Shown here: positions 18,957 to 28,922 of the stretch, one piece after another
How positions within the stretch are numbered: the stretch's first letter is position 1
Layout of the letters: each line of letters begins with the position of its first letter
Assembly: GCA_965208325.1 (NCBI GenBank)
Contig: OZ242326.1
Span: forward strand, 608,001-672,000
Reading direction: 5' to 3'
Source: Candidatus Poribacteria bacterium
Lineage (GTDB): Bacteria > Poribacteria > WGA-4E > PCPOR2b
DNA length: 64,000 bases
Notes under the pieces: model-generated
Databases searched by the model: none
The model's input: only the letters and a program-made list of their open reading frames with translations
Told to the model about the DNA's origin: nothing
Position numbers and translations under genes: made by a program

Positions 18957-21923
18957 TCACAAAGCCGATGGCGCCGACGGTTGGCGATAATCCTGATACA
19001 GCAACCGCTTTAGGTCGGCATTAACGTCCGGTTTTGATAGTTTGTTGTAAAGGTCCACCTTGTCTTGCACAAAGCCTAACAAAATGGCATCAAACACTTG
19101 ATTAAACTTGTAGCGTCTGTTGCTATCTGTGTTGTCACCCTCAAACACCTGCCGGAGCGACTCGTCGGCGTGCACCTTTTGGCGGATGGTCTCAATGTCA
19201 ACCTTGTCTTCCTGGGTAAAGTCCGTCTGATACGCGTCATTCAGCGTCTGGATGATATTGGAGAGTAGGTCGTGTTCCGGGTCTTTGCGCGAGGACTCAT
19301 CGCCGCCGATACCGTTAACCTCGCTATCTCCTGGGTCGAGATACAGCGTTTGGCTATCATGAATCTTCTGCACACGGAACGAATCCAAGTCCACGGACGC
19401 CAAGACATCGCTTACATCTTCGTATTCCCGTTTCGGCAGTTTCTTATTGAGGCTGCGGCAGAAAACGTAGAGCTTCTCCAACGCGGGGTCGGTGAACGTA
19501 ATCAACTGAGAGATGTATCCGTAACCCCGGATGTAGCTCTGCAATGCGGAACGAAAATCCTCGCGCGCTTCGCTCTCCAACTCCGACCATCTCTTAACGA
19601 CGCCGTCTAGGATGGGTTGCAGCCGTTCATTGGGTTGTTTTTCGTCATAGAAGATAAGGCAAAAGCCGTTGACCGTATCGAGGTCGAATAGCTCAAAATC
19701 TTCCAAACGCCGCTGCAGGTCATACAGCCGATTCGGGTCGGTATCCTCCTCAAGGATGGTCGCCTCATAGTATTGCTGAAACGCATCCTGAATCTGGTCG
19801 GGTTCGTTCACGAAATCGAGCACCAGCGTCTCCGTCTTGCCGGGCGCGACGCGGTTTAAGCGGCTGAGGCTCTGGACGCATTGCAGCCCGCCCAGCCGTT
19901 TATCGACGTACATGGTTTGCAGCATCGGTTCGTCGAAACCGCTCAGGAACTTGTTCGATACGATGAGAATCCGATACTCCGGACGCTTGAAGGTGTCCGC
20001 AATCGAAACGCTCGGCGCCAGATTGTTCATACCGTTTTCCGTGTAGTCCCGCCCGACATCGGTATCGTGCACTGTGCCGCTGAACGCGACCAGACAGCCG
20101 TAATGCAGGTTCATCTCCCTCATCTGGCGGTCAAATTCCGTCTTGTACCGCACACAGTGCATGCGGGACGGCGTGATAAGCATCGCCCTTCCCTTTCCCG
20201 CAATCGTATTTGCGGTGCGCTCGACAAAATGCTCCAGGATAATCCGCGTCTTGGTCTCAATGCTGTGGGGCTGCAGGTCAACGTAGTTCGTGAGCATCCT
20301 GAGCGTCCGCCCCTTCTCATAGGCTTTATCCTCCGATACGCTCTTCACCAGTTGAAAGTAACGCTTAAAGGTGGTATAGTTCTGCAGCACGTCGAGCGTG
20401 AAACCTTCGCTAATGCTCTGACGCATCGAATATACGTGGAACGGGACGAATTTTCCGTCTTCATTCTTCTGTCCAAACAGTTCTAAGGTTTTGTTCTTGG
20501 GTGTGCCGCTGAACCCGAAATATGAGATATGATCTTGCGCTTGGCGCCGCTCCATCTCCTCAATAATTCGCGCATCCATGTCCGAAACGTCAGGTTCGTC
20601 TTCGTCCAATGCCTCGCTCTCAATGCCTTTCGAGAGCGAGACTTTGAGGTTCTTGGCGGCTTCGCCGCTCTGGGAGGAGTGGACTTCATCGACAATCACG
20701 GCGAATGTCTTGCCTTTGAGTTCGCCGATTGCCTCGGCGATTACGCTGAACTTCTGAATCGTCGAGATGATGATGTCCTTTCCGGATTCGAGGAAATTCC
20801 TGAGTTGCGCCGAGGTTTTATCCACGGAGTGCACGACGCCAGCGACCTGCTCCATCTGTTTGATTGTCGCCTGAAGTTGGCGGTCGAGCACGCGACGATC
20901 GGTCACGACGATGATGGAGTCGAAGATGCGGTCCGTGTCTTCGGGAGAACGGTACAGATGCGTGAGCAGGTGCGCCAGCCATGCAATCGAGTTCGACTTG
21001 CCGCTGCCGGTGGCGTGTTGGATGAGGTAGTTACGCCCGACGCCGTCCGCAATGACCGCCGCCTTCAATTTCCGAATTACGTCGAGTTGGTGGTATCGCG
21101 GGAAAACCAACACTGAGCGTGGCTTATCTTTGACTTCGTCGTGGTCAGGGTTGTAGACCTTGTCTGTGACCTTTTGCTCATGAATAAAGTCGCCGATGAG
21201 TTCCATCAGGTTGTCGGGCTGCAAGATGTCCTCCCACAGGTAGGCGGCTTTGTGCCCATCCGGGTTCACCGGGTTTTCGATGCCTCGGTTGTACGGAAAG
21301 AAGCGCGTGCTGCTGCCCTGTAGGTGCGTCGTCATGGAGACCTTCTCGTTACCCACCGCGAAGTGAACCAGACAGCGCCGGAATCGGAACAGCGGCTCTC
21401 TCGGATCCCGGTCGGTGCGGTACTGTTTCTCGGCGTCCGCCACCACCTGACCGGTCAGGCTGTTCTTCAGTTCCATGGTCACCAGCGGCAGACCGTTGAG
21501 GAACAGCACCATATCCAGCGATTTCTCATTTTTTTGCGAGTACTTTAACTGCCGGATCAGAGAAAACCGGTTTTGCGCGTAACGCTTCAGAAGGTCGGGG
21601 TTCATGCCGCTTGCCGGGCGGAAATAGGTCAGGTCGAAGTAACAGCCTCTATCTTTAACGCCGTGCCGCAGCACATCCAGCACGCCGCGGCGTTCGATTT
21701 GTCGGCTTATTTCGTCGAGCAGCTTCTCGGGTGTCTCCTTCTGGTATTGGCGTTCAAGTTTCTCATACGTTTCCGGCTGCGTATCCTGAATAAATTCCAG
21801 CATCTCATCGTGTATCAGGCAGAGGCGCTTATTGTAGAAGACCGGTTGCCGAGAGCGGTAGCCTGACCGATTCAGGTGCGCTTCGATATGGTCTTCAAAG
21901 TTTGTCTCGTCATATGTCGGCAC
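18957..21923 (-). CDS. hsdR: Type I restriction endonuclease subunit R
   Basis: MELKN nuclease motif, QHATGSGKS Walker A, IVDEVHSSQ, FSGTPK, QSLSRLNR; 988 aa. Confidence 0.95.
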   Translation of the reverse strand: MPTYDETNFEDHIEAHLNRSGYRSRQPVFYNKRLCLIHDEMLEFIQDTQPETYEKLERQYQKETPEKLLDEISRQIERRGVLDVLRHGVKDRGCYFDLTYFRPASGMNPDLLKRYAQNRFSLIRQLKYSQKNEKSLDMVLFLNGLPLVTMELKNSLTGQVVADAEKQYRTDRDPREPLFRFRRCLVHFAVGNEKVSMTTHLQGSSTRFFPYNRGIENPVNPDGHKAAYLWEDILQPDNLMELIGDFIHEQKVTDKVYNPDHDEVKDKPRSVLVFPRYHQLDVIRKLKAAVIADGVGRNYLIQHATGSGKSNSIAWLAHLLTHLYRSPEDTDRIFDSIIVVTDRRVLDRQLQATIKQMEQVAGVVHSVDKTSAQLRNFLESGKDIIISTIQKFSVIAEAIGELKGKTFAVIVDEVHSSQSGEAAKNLKVSLSKGIESEALDEDEPDVSDMDARIIEEMERRQAQDHISYFGFSGTPKNKTLELFGQKNEDGKFVPFHVYSMRQSISEGFTLDVLQNYTTFKRYFQLVKSVSEDKAYEKGRTLRMLTNYVDLQPHSIETKTRIILEHFVERTANTIAGKGRAMLITPSRMHCVRYKTEFDRQMREMNLHYGCLVAFSGTVHDTDVGRDYTENGMNNLAPSVSIADTFKRPEYRILIVSNKFLSGFDEPMLQTMYVDKRLGGLQCVQSLSRLNRVAPGKTETLVLDFVNEPDQIQDAFQQYYEATILEEDTDPNRLYDLQRRLEDFELFDLDTVNGFCLIFYDEKQPNERLQPILDGVVKRWSELESEAREDFRSALQSYIRGYGYISQLITFTDPALEKLYVFCRSLNKKLPKREYEDVSDVLASVDLDSFRVQKIHDSQTLYLDPGDSEVNGIGGDESSRKDPEHDLLSNIIQTLNDAYQTDFTQEDKVDIETIRQKVHADESLRQVFEGDNTDSNRRYKFNQVFDAILLGFVQDKVDLYNKLSKPDVNADLKRLLYQDYRQPSAPSAL

Positions 21924-21926
21924 GGG

Positions 21927-23282
21927 CTACACCTCGTTTCGGACATCTATCTTGCCCGTCACAGCATCGGAGATAAGGGATTGGCGGTATTCTTTAAGGA
22001 GTTCAATGCTTCGCTGTTCTTCGGATATTAGTTCGTCAATCTGTAAGATTTTGCGGTCGAGGTAATCGGCGATTTTGGCTTGTTCTTGAATGGATGGAAC
22101 AGGAATCGGAAAGTTCTCAACAAATTTCGTTGGCACCCGTTTCAGACCAACTGCGCTGGTCATAAAATATTTGCCCATGCTACGAAGCGGGTCATTGTGG
22201 AGGACATAATAAAGAAAAGTTGGAAACACTTTCCGCGAGACTGGACGAATGACAATGAACTCAGTTGACCCGAAGCCAACTTGGGATGCCAAATTCTTTA
22301 TGAGGACAATCTTGCCATTTTCAAAACAGGGAGTAACTTTGGCTATGAGAACGTCATTTTCCTCAAAATAAGTGTAGCCGTTTTTGAGTTGTGAATATGG
22401 AACCTTTAATTCTTGGTCAAACGTCCCATCAGTATGAACTCGCTCCATCGGAAGAAAGACCACAAGTTTATCTTTAAGGTAATGTGTTTTGGGATTGTTC
22501 TTCGACGGATTGCTAGAGCCCACATGTTTTACCTTCAAAACTTCCCAATGTGCCGGTATCTCCCCAATCCACTCCACGCCCGACGGTTTCAACTCCACAT
22601 TCGGGTTAAGCCCTTTCGTCACCGCCTGATTTATCAGTGCGGTCCGCTGTTCCTGCAGCAGTTTTTTCTTTCGCTCTTTGATGCGGATTAGCTCGTCAAT
22701 TTGACCGGTCTTGTGGTCGAGGAAGGTCACTATCTTAACTTGCTCATCTTTGGAGGATGGCATAGGGATTAGATTGGAGATATATTCTTCTACCTTGAGG
22801 TTTGGATATGTCGTTGCGGAAACCATGCGCTTTATTCGCTCTTTTGTTATGGATGAAGTCAGAAAATAATACAAAAGCTTTGGCACATACATGTCCCGAT
22901 TCGCTTTCACACGCATCAAAAAATTGCTGAATACGATACTCATGGAACGGTTGTCAATGTATCCTGCCTTTCCAGTGATTATGTTAGTCGCGGATCCGCT
23001 TGACTTTACAACAATAATGTCCCCGTCTTTCACTGAGTAATAATCATGATCGGCTTTGCTAAATGACCTAATAGGCATCTTTTCTATGAGCCAATCTCCA
23101 TCCGTCGTTAGATGTGCTGTAGTTGAAACAGGTACATCAAATTCCAGAATCCCCTGGTCCTCACCCCACACCCCGCTATTATCAATCTGCGCGACATGCT
23201 TCATCTTAACCAATTCCCAAGCCTGGGGTACGGCGCCGATCAACTCCTCACGAGTTTCTATATATTCAGGATATCTCCTCAT
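21927..23282 (-). CDS. hsdS: Type I restriction-modification specificity subunit S
   Basis: Two TRDs separated by EQ..I..FLD..T..IDEL...SGVEWIGEIPAHW; C-terminal EYRQSLISDAVTGKIDVR; start ATG 23282. Confidence 0.95.
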   Translation of the reverse strand: MRRYPEYIETREELIGAVPQAWELVKMKHVAQIDNSGVWGEDQGILEFDVPVSTTAHLTTDGDWLIEKMPIRSFSKADHDYYSVKDGDIIVVKSSGSATNIITGKAGYIDNRSMSIVFSNFLMRVKANRDMYVPKLLYYFLTSSITKERIKRMVSATTYPNLKVEEYISNLIPMPSSKDEQVKIVTFLDHKTGQIDELIRIKERKKKLLQEQRTALINQAVTKGLNPNVELKPSGVEWIGEIPAHWEVLKVKHVGSSNPSKNNPKTHYLKDKLVVFLPMERVHTDGTFDQELKVPYSQLKNGYTYFEENDVLIAKVTPCFENGKIVLIKNLASQVGFGSTEFIVIRPVSRKVFPTFLYYVLHNDPLRSMGKYFMTSAVGLKRVPTKFVENFPIPVPSIQEQAKIADYLDRKILQIDELISEEQRSIELLKEYRQSLISDAVTGKIDVRNEV

Positions 23283-23743
23283 AATCCCAACACTCCTAAT
23301 GACCTTCAAGCGAATTCCCCATGAGCATTATAGCATAATTGATATGTGCTGTCACTGCATATCAACCACAGTCCAAAATCGACGTGGCTGCAAGCACGGG
23401 TACGTTTCTTAATCTTGAGACTGGGAAAATTGATGATAGTCGGCATCCTAATATTGCTTTACAAAAAATCAAATTTGTTATACCATTGTCCCAAAATAAT
23501 CGTCTACATTATATACCGAAATTTAAAGCGGAAGGGTGAGGTATTTGGGGTTGGTGATTTACACTTACCTATTAGACCAGACAGACGAAATTCTTCACTT
23601 CACTTTTTTGAGTCGACACCCGATGCGACGGCAAGAGACAAGCGGCAGTTTTGTTCACTCGCATAAATTTCTTAGAGTCATAATGTTTGTACGCTGTCGT
23701 TTCTCAACTGAGCGACTCAAGACCAGCAGATTATTGAAATGAT

Positions 23744-24820
23744 ATGGAAAACTGTTCAGTCATAGATTTGTTTTGCGGAGCAGGTGCTCTTACACATGGG
23801 TTCGTCCAAGAGGGTTTTAATGTTGTCGCCGGACTTGATGCAGACGAAGCATGTAGATATCCATATGAAACCAACAATAACGGGGCGCAATTTATCGCAG
23901 AAGGAATTGAATTAGTTAAAGGCACTGATCTCTCAAAGCACTATCCGAAAGGCAATACAAAAATACTCGTAGGTTGTGCCCCATGCCAGCCTTACTCACC
24001 TTACAACAAGCGCAAACGGTTTCCGGAGAACAAGTGGAAATTGCTCACTAGCTTTTCTGACAGAATCTCGGAGATTAAACCGGATATTGTATCAATGGAA
24101 AATGTCCCAGATTTGGTGACTTTCAATAAAGGCAGTATTTTTCAGGACTTCGTGAAACGCTTGGAAACGGATTACATTGTTACTTCATATCCAGCAGTGT
24201 TCTGTCCCGACTTTGGCATTCCGCAACAGCGAAAACGGCTAGTTCTTTTCGCCTCCAAATTCGGCAAACTCGAACTTCTGAAAGCAACTTGCCAGCCCAG
24301 TGAATATAAGAAGATTAAAGATGTAATAGGTAACCTAGAATGGCTTGAAGCTGGCAAGACAAGTCAGAACGATCCTTATCATAAAGCAGCTGGGTTGTCG
24401 GACTTAAACCTTCAACGCATTAGAGCGTCCAAGCCCGGCGGCACATGGAGAGATTGGCCTAATGATTTGGTTGCGCGCTGTCATCAAGAAAAAAAGGGCA
24501 AAGGCTATGCGAGTGTCTACGGAAGGATGCAATGGGATGGTCTTTCCCCAACGATTACAACACAGTTCCATGGGTTTGGAAATGGAAGATATGGCCATCC
24601 TGAACAGGATCGCGCGATTTCGTTAAGGGAAGCGGCGCGACTCCAGACGTTTCCTGACAGCTATAAATTCGTTCCGCCAGATAGCCCGCATTCCGTTACG
24701 ATGATTGCGCGATTCATCGGAAACGCGGTGCCCGTTGAACTCGCTCGAATAATTGCAAAAAGCATCAAACGACACCTATTGTCTCAACGAATTACTCTAG
24801 GGGTTGAAGAGAATGCCTAA
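23744..24820 (+). CDS. C5-cytosine DNA methyltransferase (Dcm-like)
   Basis: IDLFCGAG (I), GCAPCQ (IV), MENV (VI), QQRKR (VIII), REAARLQTFP (IX), GNAVP (X). Confidence 0.95.
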   Translation: MENCSVIDLFCGAGALTHGFVQEGFNVVAGLDADEACRYPYETNNNGAQFIAEGIELVKGTDLSKHYPKGNTKILVGCAPCQPYSPYNKRKRFPENKWKLLTSFSDRISEIKPDIVSMENVPDLVTFNKGSIFQDFVKRLETDYIVTSYPAVFCPDFGIPQQRKRLVLFASKFGKLELLKATCQPSEYKKIKDVIGNLEWLEAGKTSQNDPYHKAAGLSDLNLQRIRASKPGGTWRDWPNDLVARCHQEKKGKGYASVYGRMQWDGLSPTITTQFHGFGNGRYGHPEQDRAISLREAARLQTFPDSYKFVPPDSPHSVTMIARFIGNAVPVELARIIAKSIKRHLLSQRITLGVEENA

Positions 24821-26966
24821 ACTAAAATTCACGATTGATGCCGCGCTATTGAGAGAGCTTGGAGAAAGGCTTGTCGGTAGACCTCACATTGCATTGGCAG
24901 AATTAATTAAGAACAGTTATGACGCTGATGCAACTCAAGTAATCATTGAGTTTTCACCAGATAGCGACCAAATTAAGGTCTCTGACAATGGACACGGCAT
25001 GACGTTCGAGGAATTCAAAAACTTTTGGATGCGAATTGGAACAACTCACAAGTGGAAAAAACAGTCCCGAGGTTTTAACCGAGCCATGACCGGTTCTAAA
25101 GGAATTGGACGTTTAGCAGTCCAATTTTTGGCTACGAGGCTGGAAATCAAAACTGTTTCCAGTGACGCACGTGGCAATTGGCTTGAAGCACAAGCTAATT
25201 GGTTAGAGACCGCAAACGCTAAGGAACTTTCGGAGGCGACGGTTGAATACAATCTTAGCGGCGCAACTACGCCATTTCCGCACGGCACTTCAATAATTCT
25301 TAACGGATTAAAAGGCGAGTGGACAACTGAATCCGTTCGGAAGTTAGCCTCTGAGCTATGGTGGCTTCAGCCCCCTTTCACTTCCTCATCCTCGGATTTA
25401 ACCCATTCGAATGTTGAATTTCGAGTTGATTTTCAGGCTTCTCATCACAATTACGCCCAAGAATTTCTTAACCAAATGAACGCGATAAAGCGCATTTGGA
25501 TTGCGCGGATAGTCGGAAAGAATGTTGACGGGAAAGTCAGGCTTTCGCTAGAGTTTCCCGGTGACCAGCCAACTATTAACAAATACAACATAGCTGACTT
25601 TTCCCACAATTTGGGACAATACGACAAAAACAATAACCTCAATAACGCACATTTTGAGATTCGGATTTATAATCTGTCGGGAAGACAAAGATTTGGCATT
25701 GAGGTGAAAAAAGCTAGAAAATATTTTGAAGAACATGGAGGCGTCCACGTTTATGATGGTGGGTTTCGACTCCCTTACTACGGTTTACCGACGAGCGACT
25801 GGCTGAAATTGGAATACGATCACTCTCATCGAAAAACGGTTTCCCAATATTTTCCGAGAGAAATCCAGGTTCACAGAGCCTTAAATGATTTACCGACCCT
25901 TGGGCGCGTTCTTGGTGAGGTGAATGTAGACACGTCCCGAGAACATAATCTCAAGATTATGATTACTCGAGATCGTTTAACTGAAACTAGGGCGTATGAC
26001 GATCTCGTGTCTATTGTCCGACATGCAATTGATTGGTACGCAATCGAAACTGCTCGGCGCAAATTTGAGGCGAAAAAAAGAGAAGCGCCGCCTGAACCTA
26101 CATCGCAGAGACTTGTAAAAATTGAACAAGTCTTGGAACAGTATGAACCTGAAATTCCTAAAAACGTGTATCACGAGGTACATGAAGAAGTTCAAAAGGT
26201 AATTACAACGGTAAAGACAAATCAGGAGTTCGTTATTGAACAGATGGCGCTGCTTGCGCCGCTCGCGACGGCAGGTATTTCGGCGTTATCGTACCAGCAC
26301 GAGTTGAAAAAACAATTTGCGTTTGTTGAAAGCATAATCGACAGCATGACTGGCATTCAAACAGAAGATCGTGGACTCCGGCAGGACTTGATTTCACTAA
26401 GCGGGGATTTGAAATTGTGGCTGGAAAGAGCCAAAGCAACCAACGGTCTCTTTGACTACATAGCTGACGCTGAGAACACCAAGTTAAGGTTCAGGTTGCG
26501 AGCTAATTCGGTGATTCACGATATCGTTACACAGACGCGTTTCTTAGCACGTGACATCAAAGTTGATTTTAGTCAGCTTGAGGACGAACTGTTTTTGCCA
26601 AAGGCATCATTTGCAGAATGGGGTGCAATTTTTCAAAATATTTTTACCAACTCATTTAATGCAATGCTTGATTCGTCCGAACGCCTGCTTCATATTAGTT
26701 CACAATCCAAGCAGAAATCACGCGAGATACTTATCCAAGACACTGGACACGGTATTAACGTAGAAGAGTCAGATAGGTATTTCAATCCATTTGAGCGGGC
26801 ATCCTCTGTTTCTCCCGAACGACAAGCGCTTGGTTATGGTGGTACCGGCCTCGGTCTTACAATAGTGCGGCTGCTAGCGGACAATATCGGATGCCGGGTG
26901 CAATTCGTACCGCCGCACAGCGGGTTTAGGACAGCGTTCTCAATTCAATGGAGGGAAAGTAAATGA
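24813..26966 (+). CDS. Fusion of N-terminal MORC/MutL-like GHKL ATPase and C-terminal histidine kinase
   Basis: N-term ELIKNSYDADA, DNGHGM, GSKGIGR, GT; C-term H-box QHELKKQ, NIFTNS, QDTGHGI, FNPF, GGTGLGL; ATG overlaps the methylase 3' end. Confidence 0.88.
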   Translation: MPKLKFTIDAALLRELGERLVGRPHIALAELIKNSYDADATQVIIEFSPDSDQIKVSDNGHGMTFEEFKNFWMRIGTTHKWKKQSRGFNRAMTGSKGIGRLAVQFLATRLEIKTVSSDARGNWLEAQANWLETANAKELSEATVEYNLSGATTPFPHGTSIILNGLKGEWTTESVRKLASELWWLQPPFTSSSSDLTHSNVEFRVDFQASHHNYAQEFLNQMNAIKRIWIARIVGKNVDGKVRLSLEFPGDQPTINKYNIADFSHNLGQYDKNNNLNNAHFEIRIYNLSGRQRFGIEVKKARKYFEEHGGVHVYDGGFRLPYYGLPTSDWLKLEYDHSHRKTVSQYFPREIQVHRALNDLPTLGRVLGEVNVDTSREHNLKIMITRDRLTETRAYDDLVSIVRHAIDWYAIETARRKFEAKKREAPPEPTSQRLVKIEQVLEQYEPEIPKNVYHEVHEEVQKVITTVKTNQEFVIEQMALLAPLATAGISALSYQHELKKQFAFVESIIDSMTGIQTEDRGLRQDLISLSGDLKLWLERAKATNGLFDYIADAENTKLRFRLRANSVIHDIVTQTRFLARDIKVDFSQLEDELFLPKASFAEWGAIFQNIFTNSFNAMLDSSERLLHISSQSKQKSREILIQDTGHGINVEESDRYFNPFERASSVSPERQALGYGGTGLGLTIVRLLADNIGCRVQFVPPHSGFRTAFSIQWRESK

Positions 26967-28174
26967 AAAAGAAAATCCTGATTTATGATGATGAGCAGCA
27001 ACAAAGAGAGGTCTTCAAGACAAAATTGATGCGTGGACTGGAAAGAGCAAAAGTAGACGACGCTTTCGATGTTAAAATCATTGGTGAGGACGATCTTCAG
27101 ATCTCAATGGAAACATTGCGGGCTAGGCAGGTTGCTACTCGGGACAACGGCGAATCTTCTGATGAGACGACGCAATTTGACGAAACCTCAGTATTCATGA
27201 TTGATTACGACCTACTCAAAAGTAATGCGAAAGGATTTTTCACGGGTGAAAACCTCGCGTACAGTGTTAGATGCTTTTCAACATGCAAGATGATTGTAGG
27301 ATTGAATCAATTTGGAAGCAACCCGTTCGATTTAACGTTGAAAGGACATCCAGAATCCTTCGCTGACTTGAATCTCGGGGTGGAACAGCTTGATAATCCC
27401 GGTCTCTGGCACAGCAACTGGGGAGATTCCAGACAAGGTTTTAGACCGTGGTACTGGCCGAATTTATCGGACTCCCTGAATAATTTTGACCAGAAGTTTG
27501 AGGATGTTCAACAGAATTTGGACAAGCCTATCTGTACAGTTCTTGGGTTTAATCAAGAATTGTTCGGTACGCTACCCCGCGCCGTTGTTCAATTCTTAGG
27601 AAAAGGCAATGGGAACGATTCCACTCAAGCGACGTGTCGGGAGTTTGTCACAGAGTCCGGCAACGGTTTAAGGCCTAAAGACGCGACCATTTCAGATGTG
27701 GACGTTTTGGCAAGGGTTGGGGCAGCAAGAATCTCAAAATGGCTGGAGAGATTCGTTTTGCCGGAGCAGGACTTCCTGGTTGATGCGCCGCATTTGGTCT
27801 CCAGGTATCCGAGTCTCATTGCAAATGGCGAGACGACAATCAAGGCTTGGAACAGAACAGCGCAATTGGTGGACTATCGGGAATTGGGGCTTGTCTCCGA
27901 GGTTATAGAACGCTTTAGATTCAAAAAAGACTATTGGATTTCACGCCCTGTTTGGGTTTGGGATGAACTTCGCGAGTGTAAACGTATCAAAGAAGTATCG
28001 GAACCCTGGGGGACACCAAAACCAGAGTGGGTTTTCTGTGAAGATGCCTCGCGATTCTACAACCGTAACACCTGCCGCACTTTTTTTGCCGACACTGCGT
28101 CCCCATTCATTCGGCGATTTGCTAGGAGTTTCAAGAATGTTGATTATAGGCCTATGGTTCGGCTTTCACTGTGA
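26963..28174 (+). CDS. Response-regulator receiver-domain protein with unrecognised C-terminal region
   Basis: KKKILIYDDE acidic pocket and FMIDYDL phospho-Asp strand; ATGA overlap with the kinase stop; no HTH recognisable. Confidence 0.7.
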   Translation: MKKKILIYDDEQQQREVFKTKLMRGLERAKVDDAFDVKIIGEDDLQISMETLRARQVATRDNGESSDETTQFDETSVFMIDYDLLKSNAKGFFTGENLAYSVRCFSTCKMIVGLNQFGSNPFDLTLKGHPESFADLNLGVEQLDNPGLWHSNWGDSRQGFRPWYWPNLSDSLNNFDQKFEDVQQNLDKPICTVLGFNQELFGTLPRAVVQFLGKGNGNDSTQATCREFVTESGNGLRPKDATISDVDVLARVGAARISKWLERFVLPEQDFLVDAPHLVSRYPSLIANGETTIKAWNRTAQLVDYRELGLVSEVIERFRFKKDYWISRPVWVWDELRECKRIKEVSEPWGTPKPEWVFCEDASRFYNRNTCRTFFADTASPFIRRFARSFKNVDYRPMVRLSL

Positions 28175-28192
28175 GTTTCGCCTAAAAACGAA

Positions 28193-28888
28193 ATGAAAAA
28201 AACTGTCACGACGTTAGAAGATATCCTGGTGCCCCTGTTTCAGATTCAAGAATCCGCTTGGGGTGAAAAGGATTTAACGCTAAAACCATCCAAACAAGCG
28301 TTGAATACTTACCATGCCATATCTGTAGTGGTACCGCCCATAACTCTTGAAGAAACTAAATTCATTTATGAACCACCTAACTACATACTGGATTATTCTC
28401 AACGTGGAAGAGTGTTATATCTTCCACCGCTCCAAAACAAAGTCTCGGACTTTGTGCCAATTCTGTCGGCATGTTGCAAAATGAGCAGAGCGAAGTGCAC
28501 TGCGAGACTCCAAGTCATGTTAGTACGTTTTAACCAGCACCCTAAACCTCTTGGCATGGGTTTTCGTCTAGAAACGCCAGAACGCGCGAATCAGAACGAC
28601 GATGCTACGACTCAAGAGGGGATCCACGACTTTCACCATGCGCAACTCATTCGGGAATTTCGTGATAATCGGCTTGACGGCGCTCTGCGAATTAGTTGCC
28701 CTTGGTGGCTACCTGTTACTCAACCCTCGTTTCCGTTGCCCGCCGAATGTCCTGTAACGTTGTTGCTCTGCCTTATTGTGACGCTGTATGGTAGAAGGTA
28801 TTATAATCAGTTCCTAGACGACCATCAAATATTCGACATCAAACGGCACCGAAAGAAACTAGATCCGTGGATAAACTGGCGAAAATAA
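28193..28888 (+). CDS. Hypothetical protein with FRLETP...HDFHHAQ motif
   Basis: 231-aa ORF starting 18 nt after the receiver gene; clustered His residues. Confidence 0.7.
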   Translation: MKKTVTTLEDILVPLFQIQESAWGEKDLTLKPSKQALNTYHAISVVVPPITLEETKFIYEPPNYILDYSQRGRVLYLPPLQNKVSDFVPILSACCKMSRAKCTARLQVMLVRFNQHPKPLGMGFRLETPERANQNDDATTQEGIHDFHHAQLIREFRDNRLDGALRISCPWWLPVTQPSFPLPAECPVTLLLCLIVTLYGRRYYNQFLDDHQIFDIKRHRKKLDPWINWRK

Positions 28889-28922
28889 TTGAATACTCCC
28901 GCAATATTGGTAAAAAAAACGC

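Noticed and set aside
23310..23742. Small ORFs between hsdS and the C5 methylase as a controller (C) protein or Vsr
   Set aside because: No HTH or Vsr motifs; AT-rich divergent promoter region.
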